A stretch of 64,000 nt of DNA from a virus. Positions 1-10,000 of the stretch are shown here, piece after piece. Where the stretch lies: positions 37,116 through 101,115 of IMG/VR virus record IMGVR_UViG_3300042309_002320; one strand, written 5' to 3'. Position 1 is the stretch's first letter, and each line of letters starts with the position of its first letter. Made by a program: the position numbers and the translations under genes. The notes beneath the pieces were generated by a model that saw only the letters and a program-made list of their open reading frames with translations, searched no databases and was not told where the DNA came from.

Positions 1-1
1 G

Positions 2-667
2 ATTGATATTCTTATTATTACTCCAGAAATTACAAAAGGCATGAAGTCTGTTGGCTCAAAGTGTTTATTACCATTAAGAAAAAATCTAAGCGTTATTGAG
101 TATCAAATAGCGCAAGCGCAAAAAATAACAAAACAATCGCATATAACCATTAATATAGGGTTCGATTCTGAAAAAATTATATCCAAATTATATCGATATA
201 GAACAATCAGATATTTAGTAAATCATGACTATAACAATACGAATCAAGCTAAAAATCTATTATTATATATAGATCAATATAAACCTAAAAATTTATTAAT
301 TTTGAGTAGTGGATTATTATTAAAAGAAAATACAATAGAAAAGACTCATCTTCAAGCAGAATGTAAAATATTTATGTTACATAAACATAAAAACAATTTT
401 TCTATAGGATCTTCTATGTCTAAAAATTTAGAGTATTTATTTTTTGATATGGATGAACCATGGACAGAGATTGTATATTTGAATGAAGATGCGATTAATA
501 TTCTATCTACTTGCGATAGAAATATATTTAAACAAATGTATCTTTTCGAAGTAATAAATTTTTTACTAAGTAAAAATATAAAGTTCACAAAAGTTTATAT
601 TAATAAAGGCAGTATTATGAAAATTAATAACTATAAAGATCTTGATAAAGCGAAAGTATTTATATGA
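2..667 (+). CDS. Sugar/choline-phosphate nucleotidyltransferase-like protein (GT-A/NTP_transferase fold), 5'-truncated and degenerate
   Basis: Frame is open from base 2: IDILIITPEITKGMKSVGSKCLLPL resembles the xIILAAGxGxRMxxxxPKCLL start. Also has NIGFDSEKI, NHDYNNTNQA and a C-terminal KINNYKDL. Confidence 0.6.
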   Translation: MDILIITPEITKGMKSVGSKCLLPLRKNLSVIEYQIAQAQKITKQSHITINIGFDSEKIISKLYRYRTIRYLVNHDYNNTNQAKNLLLYIDQYKPKNLLILSSGLLLKENTIEKTHLQAECKIFMLHKHKNNFSIGSSMSKNLEYLFFDMDEPWTEIVYLNEDAINILSTCDRNIFKQMYLFEVINFLLSKNIKFTKVYINKGSIMKINNYKDLDKAKVFI

Positions 668-1383
668 CAACAAAAATAGTTGTACAGAAATTAAATGATA
701 AATTTATTAATAATATTGAATTATCAACAACTCCATTTTGTAATAAAAAAGTATTGAATATAACAGGATATCTATATAGGATATATTATATAGAAAAATT
801 TACCCATATAATATTTGCAGCTTCATTATTAGATAATGAAATTAATCAATTCATTGATGAGTTTGGTACTACAGTAAATATCTTTATTTATAATGACACA
901 ACAAAATATATTGAACACCATCCTAATCTTAAAGGAGTTATTCAGAAAACAAAGACTGATTCAAAAAATAAAATTATCACTATACCTAAATTAGTTAATA
1001 ATGAAATTTATTATAGCGATAACTCTATACCTAAATATGATAGCATAGTTTGCTTTTTAGACAATATAGAATCTTTACCAGAAGCTTTAAATAATTATCT
1101 TTATCCACAATCTATATTATCTATTAAATTATTTAATAATAGCTCTATAATACATCCTCAAAATTTAGGACTTCTTTTTGAATATGATAAGGCAAGGATT
1201 CTTAAACAAAACAAATATTATTTGGCATTAACAGACGACTACGTTCCAGAAGCATGGGCTTGTGGAGCATTAGCGCTAGATATTGACGATCTGAATTCAT
1301 TAACACCAAGTAAATATAAACATACAAAAAGTTTTCAGTCTTATTCTAATTTTTTAAAGGTATTAATCAGTGATAAAAAATAA
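664..1383 (+). CDS. Glycosyltransferase-like protein (degenerate GT-B)
   Basis: IPKLVNNEIY and a C-terminal YVPEAWACG resemble the GT4 EAxxxG motif. ATGA overlap with the upstream gene. Confidence 0.4.
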   Translation: MTTKIVVQKLNDKFINNIELSTTPFCNKKVLNITGYLYRIYYIEKFTHIIFAASLLDNEINQFIDEFGTTVNIFIYNDTTKYIEHHPNLKGVIQKTKTDSKNKIITIPKLVNNEIYYSDNSIPKYDSIVCFLDNIESLPEALNNYLYPQSILSIKLFNNSSIIHPQNLGLLFEYDKARILKQNKYYLALTDDYVPEAWACGALALDIDDLNSLTPSKYKHTKSFQSYSNFLKVLISDKK

Positions 1384-1828
1384 TATAGGATTTATGCTTA
1401 TAAATATAGAAAATGATCAACACCATGATTCTATGCTACAAAATATTAGAAAATTGATAGATGCTAATCCATATAAAAATATTGTTATATTTAATAGTAT
1501 TTGTAATAAAATTACTACTTATAATATCCCTATCTTGCATCTGAGTCACGCTAAATTTTTTGAGGGCGACTTATGGCTATTTGATTTAACTAGTGTTATT
1601 ATTAGTAAGAACTTCACCAATCTTAATAAAAAAATACTATATTGTAATGACATGCCGTGGTTAAAAAATAGAACTAATATATATAACGAATGGCTAAAGA
1701 TTTACGATTCTGATCTAGATTTTGTAACTACCAATCAATATTTGTATGATATATACAGTATATGTTGGAAAAAACCATTAGATATTATGGAGAATTTCGA
1801 TTATGAAAAAATACAACACATCGTATGA
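1370..1828 (+). CDS. Hypothetical protein resembling a glycosyltransferase N-terminal half
   Basis: KKILYCNDMPW resembles the KxxYxWDLEW-type motif of phage GT-like proteins. Gene is coupled to its neighbours. Confidence 0.35.
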   Translation: MIKNNIGFMLINIENDQHHDSMLQNIRKLIDANPYKNIVIFNSICNKITTYNIPILHLSHAKFFEGDLWLFDLTSVIISKNFTNLNKKILYCNDMPWLKNRTNIYNEWLKIYDSDLDFVTTNQYLYDIYSICWKKPLDIMENFDYEKIQHIV

Positions 1829-2615
1829 CCAACTATCTGATCAAGATAAAAAAGATCTAATATTATCTTTATATTCATCAGAAGGTAAGAGCTTTGCTGA
1901 TATAGCTACTATGTACGATACTTATGCTAATAGAATAAGACGAGACGCTAAAAAATATAATATAAAAATCAGAGATAAAAGCGAAGCTCAAAAAAATGCA
2001 TTAAAAACTGGCAAACACTCTCATCCAACAAAAGGCAAAGAAAGATCAGAGGACACAAAACAAAAAATAGGGATGGGAGTATTAAACGCATGGGAAAATC
2101 TCGAAGACAACGAAATACAAAAAAGAAAGCTTAAAGCTAAACAAAATTGGGAAAATTTAGACGATAACACAAAAGAAAACATACTTAAATCTGCTAATAT
2201 GGCAGTAAGAACCACCAGCAAGGTAGGATCAAAATTAGAAAAATATCTACATAAAAGACTATTAAGTGATGGTTATAAAGTAGAGTTTCATAAAGAGCAA
2301 ACACTGGTAAACACAAGGTTGCAAATTGACCTGTTCGTTCCTAGTATAAATCTAGCTATAGAAGTGGATGGTCCATCTCACTTCACTCCTGTGTGGGGCC
2401 AAGAATCTTTAAAAAGAAATAAAAACTACGATAATAAAAAAGAAGGATTAATCATTGGTAAAGGATGGAACTTATTGAGAATTATACAAACTAAAGATTA
2501 TTCTGATGCTCGTGCGTTTTTGATCTATGATCAAATACTACAGATTATAAAAACAAATCATTCTGATCTCATTTCTGGACAACAGAAATTTATTATAAAG
2601 GATACCAATGGCTAA
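1803..2615 (+). CDS. HTH + NUMOD3 + DUF559/Vsr-like endonuclease (homing-endonuclease-like)
   Basis: SFADIA...IRRDAKKYNIKIR (HTH); KGKERSEDTKQKIG (NUMOD3); SKLE...QIDLFVPSINLAIEVDGPSH...DNKKE...GWNLLRI (Vsr/DUF559). Confidence 0.75.
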   Translation: MKKYNTSYDQLSDQDKKDLILSLYSSEGKSFADIATMYDTYANRIRRDAKKYNIKIRDKSEAQKNALKTGKHSHPTKGKERSEDTKQKIGMGVLNAWENLEDNEIQKRKLKAKQNWENLDDNTKENILKSANMAVRTTSKVGSKLEKYLHKRLLSDGYKVEFHKEQTLVNTRLQIDLFVPSINLAIEVDGPSHFTPVWGQESLKRNKNYDNKKEGLIIGKGWNLLRIIQTKDYSDARAFLIYDQILQIIKTNHSDLISGQQKFIIKDTNG

Positions 2616-3327
2616 AAAAGATAAAAATGAAGTTGCTGAAGATAATATTGTTGAAAAGAAAATTCCAACAATTGCTGATTTAGACTGGACAGATTATGTT
2701 CTAGGGCTTTTATCTGACGATGAAAAGATTAGTGGCAATCCAACAACGGATGGTTTAAGGCGTATTTTTGAAACTGTTTTAAACTGTAGATTAATATCAT
2801 CAACAAGTTTGGTTGTTCAATCTCCTAGTCCGGAAAATGAAAAAAGAGCAACGGTTATACACTCACTATCATACTGTTTAAATCCAACCCTTCAGGACTC
2901 AAACGGTTTAAATATTGTGTCTGTGGATGGCTCTGCGGACGTATACTGGGGTAACTGTGACAAGGTTTATAGGAATCACCCGGTTGCTGTTGCAGAAACA
3001 AGGGCCGAGGGCAGAGCATTGCGCAGAGCATTAAGATTGCGCAAAGTAGTAGCGGCAGAAGAACTGTCCAAAGAAATCGAAGATCATCCTGATCAAAATA
3101 GTGTTAATAAAATTAGTAATCAACAAATTAATTTTATAGATGTTTTAGCTCAAAGACTAAATATTAATGTGACTAAACTATTAGAAGAAAATAGTATAAA
3201 AACAGATAATATTTATAACTTGACTCATGAATCAGCCGTTGATATAATAAGATTATTGTCCAAGTACCAACAAAATATGGACAGTATTGCTGAAACTATA
3301 TTAGGCTACTCAAACGAATGGAAGTAA
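2608..3327 (+). CDS. Rad52/Sak-like single-strand annealing protein
   Basis: GSAD...AVAETRAEGRALRRALRL helix motif, plus a C-terminal ISNQQINFI...LTHESAVDII small domain typical of phage SSAPs. Confidence 0.6.
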   Translation: MAKKDKNEVAEDNIVEKKIPTIADLDWTDYVLGLLSDDEKISGNPTTDGLRRIFETVLNCRLISSTSLVVQSPSPENEKRATVIHSLSYCLNPTLQDSNGLNIVSVDGSADVYWGNCDKVYRNHPVAVAETRAEGRALRRALRLRKVVAAEELSKEIEDHPDQNSVNKISNQQINFIDVLAQRLNINVTKLLEENSIKTDNIYNLTHESAVDIIRLLSKYQQNMDSIAETILGYSNEWK

Positions 3328-3330
3328 TTT

Positions 3331-3654
3331 ATGAAAGTTTTATATAAAGCTAATGATAAGCTACAATTTGAACTTGAGGCTAGTGGACAAAAAGAGATTT
3401 TTAAAGAACTGGCACTGATACAGGAAATTTTTAGTGAGTCCAAATGCGGCATGTGTGGTAGTACAAATCTTAAATTTGTGGTAAGAAATGTTGATGGAAA
3501 TGATTACTACGAACTAAGATGTGCTGATTGTGGCGCTGTTCTAGCTTTTGGTCAACACAAAAAGGGTGGCACATTATTTCCAAAGCGTAAAGATGATAAT
3601 GGAAATTATTTACCACATAATGGTTGGCATAAATGGACAAAAGATAAAGAATAG
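3331..3654 (+). CDS. Zn-ribbon protein, possibly a recombination/SSB partner
   Basis: CGMC...CADC, followed by AFGQHKKGGTLFPK and GWHKW. Lies directly after the SSAP gene. Confidence 0.55.
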   Translation: MKVLYKANDKLQFELEASGQKEIFKELALIQEIFSESKCGMCGSTNLKFVVRNVDGNDYYELRCADCGAVLAFGQHKKGGTLFPKRKDDNGNYLPHNGWHKWTKDKE

Positions 3655-4017
3655 TTACCATTTATTCACTGGGCATTTTTCGCTATCCCAGCTTAATTTG
3701 CTAATATAATTTCGTGTTCTATTTATTGGACAGCCACACTGTAAACAGGATTGATTTTTAAAGAATTCGCAGCTCTCGCATATTTTAAATCTTCTCTCTA
3801 TTTCTTCATCTTTGGCTAACACAAAATTATTTTTAGCATGAGCGACCAAGCTTTTAGAGAAGTTTTTAATTTTTGTGCCAAATCCTGGCTCTTCTGATCT
3901 AATATCCATATAAGAACATGGAAAAATCGGTGGATTATTATCTTCAACAGTGATCTCTAGTCCACATTTTGAGCATTTGTAAGTGTTATCTCTTATGCTT
4001 ATAAACTCACAAAACAT
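3655..4017 (-). CDS. Cys-rich zinc-binding protein (DUF6171-like)
   Basis: ERRFKICESCEFF...CLQCGC...K...EKCPVNKW, plus an N-terminal CSKCG. Confidence 0.6.
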   Translation of the reverse strand: MFCEFISIRDNTYKCSKCGLEITVEDNNPPIFPCSYMDIRSEEPGFGTKIKNFSKSLVAHAKNNFVLAKDEEIERRFKICESCEFFKNQSCLQCGCPINRTRNYISKLSWDSEKCPVNKW

Positions 4018-4019
4018 AA

Positions 4020-7000
4020 TTATTTTTCTCTCGGTGGTGGTGTATTCGTAAAAAATTCATATGGTATCATTTCCCATAGAAACTGACTTTTTAATATGGT
4101 GCCTTTATTTTCTATTCGATCTATTGATCCATAAAATGTTCTATACATCATCTCATTCATTAGTTGAAAAAACAATGGGGTTGTTGATGGTACTAATTTA
4201 GTATCTTCTATTTCCATACATTTCCAATAATAAATATTATTATTTAATATAGGCTGAAAAGACGAACCACTAACAGATCCCGCTTCTACTATCTCGTATG
4301 GATCCAAAATATCGCTAATTTGATTTCTTTTACCCGGTCTAAATAAACCAGTTGGACCATATCTATACACAGTACTGTAGATATCTAGTCCGCGTAATTG
4401 TCTAGGTATTTTTCTAAATTTTATTTTTAGATTATTTACATTATCTAAATTGCATACATTATATATTTTCATTGATTGACCAGCTCTAATACCTCCCAAT
4501 GTTAATAGTCCAAAACCATCAACAGATTTTTGAGGAACAGAAGCCCCTATTGTTTCTCCTGGTGGAGGCAAACTAGAAACAAAATTACCATCATCTGGTG
4601 GCGGTGGAGAAGGATCATCCGGATCACCACCTCCTACTCCACCAGGTAAATTGCCTATATCCAACACATCAGCATCCTGAGTACTATTGGTTTTGTCTGC
4701 CTTGTTATCTTTTATTTCTAATGGGCTTAGTAATACATCATATGTTTCTATTGCTGTTACCATAATTTCTTTATAACTATTTATGGTATCCATTCCAGCA
4801 GCATTGCCATTGATATGATAATTTCTTTTTATCGTAACTTCTTCCCATTTTATAGGTAATCCTGCTGCTGTTGCTTTTTTTTCTAAATTAGTTTTATTTT
4901 TATTAACTATATTTTCTCCAATAGTATATTTATATGTTTCATATGGCCCACTTCTAAATCCACTAGTACTACCTTTGCTGTAATTTATACCATCAGGATC
5001 ATCTTCTTCGTTTTCCAATATGGATCCTCGTTTATGATTACAAATATTATTTATTGCTAATTGAGGCATTCCATATATTCCTTGTATATAATTTGCTGGT
5101 CTACAAACATATGTTATGCTTTTCAAAACTTTCGGTCTTAGCTCTTCCGCTATACTACAGCCTTGATGAGGATCCAAATTTATCCAGTAATTATCATTAT
5201 CGTATTCGTACTCTATCTGAAAAGCTAAAAGAGATAATCTATCAAAAGGTCTGAATGTTTTAATTTTAGCTAAAATTTGAGGCTTAATACCATGTCTAGT
5301 TCGTTCAAAATCTCTAGTAATAGATACAATATCTTCTTTCAATATAGTATTTTCTTTAAATGTTGTAATATCATCAACCACAACGGATTCTAATACTGTA
5401 ATAGATTCAATATTTTCACGAGCAATCTTTCCGGAGATAATAGATGTTTTATTTTTTATTGTTATTCTTGCTTTTTGATAATCGCTAGTTTCGTTTAATA
5501 GTTTTAGAATATCATTTCTTTCTTGATAAAAAACTCTAAGAGCTAATTCAGAGATTTTTTTATTAGAGTTATATTCTGTTAAAGATTCATAGTGTCTATA
5601 AATATAGGATAAATTATAACTTTCAATGACTTTATTTGTGGCAACAATAGTATTTACGCCTATGTTTGATTCTACCTCTAAATTTACATTAGTATTTTCT
5701 AATAAATTAAGCCTTGTTATTAAATTTTGAAAAACTTCATTACTTATAGGATCTCCATTAATATCTGTCGCTTCAATTGGCGGCTTCTCTTCATAATCAT
5801 TTTCTATTGATATATAACCACTAGGGTACGGAACCATCGAAGAATCTCTAAAATTATTATTTCTTATATATGTTAAATGAATATTATTAAAATCAACATT
5901 ATTAAACGAAAAATATTTAGAATTACTTAATAAATTATCTAAAGTTGTTGAGTTTGCTGGATTATTTACTATATATTTACTATTATTATCAACAACAGTA
6001 ATAACATCATTCAGTTTATGGGGATAGGCTACAGAAGCACCTACATATTTTAAAGAATTAATTTGTTCACTTTGTTCTTTAGTAAAAAACATTTTATTAT
6101 ACAATAATCTATCTGATTTATGATTATTAAACATGTTACCAATTTTTTCAATATTATTGTACATAGGTATTTGAGATAGGATATTTTTATTTATTGTGTA
6201 AGACCCATCTCCATATGAACCATAACTATTTGTTGTATTATATACTTCCGGGTGCGGCCTATTTAATGATTCTTTTTCAAAAGCATACATGTTCACAGGA
6301 TTATTCTTTAAGTCTGTAGAGGACGATAATCCAAATACTACAATTACATTATTATCAGGACTAATAAAGTCTGCTTTATCCATATCTAATCTATCTACTT
6401 TTAATATAGTATACGGTTTTTTATCTTTATAAATTAGTGCTTTACCTAATATTTTGGTAGTATATTTTGGAGTAGTATCCGCTGGTGCAACAGGTTGATC
6501 GGGCTGTGTCGATGTGGGTGTTACGGACGGGGTTTCTCCTGTTGGTCCATCAATAAGATTAACATCTATAATTGCATCTGGAGCAATATTTTGACCACTA
6601 ACTTGAACAATATCCTTAAAAGTAAATATCTCAAATGGTACAGTTCCGTCTATCATTATTAATTTTTTTTGATTAATATCTGAATACAGATTTTTAAAAA
6701 TGCTATATTCGGTATCAGGTAAATCATTATATAAAACATGATTACGTGTTATATAATCTGATTTCTCACATAATATCGAAGGTTTTTGTGCTAAAGATAC
6801 CCATTTACCAGTAGTCGGAACAAAATAGAGACCATCAACACAAACATTAGAGCTATCTGTAGATGAGAATCTTACATCCACAATATCATCCGTATGATAC
6901 GATATATTATTATAAGTCAATGGGCCGCTAACAGCATTAAACTCTGTGCAGCCTATGGTTAATTCTTTGATAGACTTTTCCTCTAGTAAATCTTTGATAT

Positions 7001-10000
7001 TTTCAACTACTTTAACAGAAAATCTGGATAATTCTGGCAGCGTATCCTTATTTAATCTGATATAGTTATATTTTTTATATGGCAATATAGGACTATTAGC
7101 GTATTTAAAAATAGAGGCTTCTGCTTTATACCAAAAAATATTATCTTTTGAAAAATTAATTAGTATTTTTTCTGGACTACCAAAAGGATATCGTTTGTAA
7201 TCTTGATGATAAATATCATTAGCTATGGCTTGTCTAAAATCTTGAGCTCTTTGAGCATTAAAATAATTAACAATTTGTCCTACGGCTATAGACATAGCAA
7301 TGTCGCCTCCTCCAAGACCCGCCATAATTCCTCCTAAACCACCAGCCCCACCAAGACCAACAGCTCCCGTATATGCGTATGTTGCAGCTAAAATAGCCAG
7401 CCATGGAAATTCTACGCCAGGAATACCCTTAATATTTCCAATGAGTTCCGGATCTGATGCTTCACAAATTGTATTATCTTGAAAAAATATATTAGGAGCA
7501 TTAATATTTACAAATGGCATCATATGCTTATAGTTTTTTAAGTTTGCCATAAAACCATACCCACCATACTGGGGTGGCTTACCGTACTCTATAAGAGATA
7601 ATGCTTCATTATTTCCATATGAATTTAATGATGACAAGATTGGAGCCGTTGGTTTTTTAGTATCTCCAAAATGTAACAACAGCTCCCAACTACATAATGA
7701 ACTATATAAACTACTAGAATTAATTTTATTAGTAAAATCATAAATATTTGTATATAATTGAGAATTAATAGTATTATCATTAGGCAACATATCATCATGT
7801 TCATCATATAATGTTATAGCGCAAGTAAAAAATGTGACATCGTTTTTATTAGGCCCTTTTGTTCCCTTAATCCCAGCACCACCTCTTGGTGGACAACGCA
7901 CAGTAGAATCAAACATTGGTTTACCAGCATATTTACTAAATGTATTATTGGTAATGTTAAGCTTATTAGCCGTAACCGCATTATGATAAATATTTACTTC
8001 TTGATCACTATATCCAAATGGACAAATAGATGGTTTTATAATATCATCAGTGTTAATAATATTTTGATAATTAGCAGCAACATATCCTGAACTATTATTA
8101 TAGTTATGATCGTTTACAACATTATATTTATTGGCATGGTCAGAGAATTTTAAACTAAGATTAAAACTATGATTCTGAATATATTCTTGATTTAAAAGAT
8201 ATAAGTGAGGATTCGATGTTGGTTCTTTATATGGAACAGAGATTCCAGCAACAGATGTTTTTGTAAATCTTGTATTCATATTAGATAAGCTATATAAATA
8301 TTGAGTTAAATCAGAATTATTAATATTTATTGGATTAAGAGGCCAGTCTTGTGGAGCTGCCAAGCTATCAAAATCTGATTGTATTGTTTGATCTATAAAT
8401 ATTGATCCTCCAGCAATTGGTGATTTATATCTTTCACCGCCACCAATTCTATATAGTTCATCTAGACATGGTTTAGAATCAAATACTATACTTAAATCTT
8501 TTGTGTTAACATAGTTTAGAAAATTTAGTTTAACTTCTATATCTTTAATAGAAAAATTCAATACTCTAGGATTTCTAAAGCCTTTCCATGTTCCGGTTGG
8601 ATTTGGTAAGTTTTCATAATAGTTTGCTGGTTGCTCTCCATTATCTTTAATACAATTTGGATTGGATCTTCTGGCCTTACTCATATATTTGACTATATCT
8701 TCTGGTATAGGCCCTGGAGGATATCTTGGTCCAGAAACTGGGAAAAGATATTTAAACCTATTATTTTCTGAATCACTAATGAAACCAAATTCATCCATGA
8801 AGGGTGAAAAATTATCGTAAGATCTAGCTTCGTATCTTTTTGGATCTCCTCCTCTTAATATTCTATATCCATGATCATAGGCTTTTCCATTTGCGCTAGG
8901 TATATCTTGATCGCCGTATTCTCTATGGATTTGATTAAGCCAAACCCAGTGAGGAGGACTATCGGATCTACACGGTGTTGTTCCGCCACATTGTATGCTT
9001 TCTTGAATCCACTGAGCGCCTTCTGCTATTCCTATCTCTATTGATGATTTAAATTGTATTGGAATAATAAAAAGATTATTTCCGCTATATATATAGCTAT
9101 CATTCTGAATATTGTTTATACTAGGGCCGCTAAAACTATAAGACTCTCTAGCTCCAACATTGAATTTTAAAACACTAGATAGATTCTCTATGCCGCTATG
9201 TAATGGACTATCATAAGATATCCATCCGCTTTGAGGATGAAAAACACCCTTTTTAAAATCGATATATTTATCAGAATTATCCGGTATAATATCCTCAAAA
9301 CAATATTTAAAGCCCTCTGCAAAATAAGGAGGATCCAATGATGGTTTGTCAGATTTATAATTTAATGGCTTTCCTGTGATAGCCGGAAACACAGTTCCAG
9401 GATCCGGATGATTAGGAATACTTATTCCTATATTATTAATTATTTCATTATCCCAGCCACCATATGATTTTATTTTTGGTGAAAAATCGGTACTAAAAGT
9501 CTCATTATTTTCCTTATCAAGTGCTCCACCCCAAGATCTATAATGATAAGTATTATTTTCCCATCCATCTAGAGTAGAACCCTTTCCTCTTATCCAGTTT
9601 CCTCTTGATCCGTATAGATCTGTTGAATATAAACTAAAACAATTAGCGCATTTTGGATCAGAATGGTGTCTTATATGTTCAAGTTTTATTTTATCTAACC
9701 TATATTGAATATTAGCATCAGAAAAATATCTTAATATAATATTAGAAGATTGATCATACTTATAGGATGAGTCCGCTTTGCCATCTTTTATAGGTCCTCC
9801 ATAGTAATCTTCTAAATAGTATAGCGTATTGTTAATTAATTTTTCTGGCCGACTCTTTAGAACTTTAATATCTGATGTCATGGCTATAGGTAAAGCTAAT
9901 CCTCTACCATGTATTGCTATACTATTTATAATTGGAGTATGAACTCTTAAATTTTTAGAATTTAATATAATATCATGTTTTTCTCTATCTATAATATATT

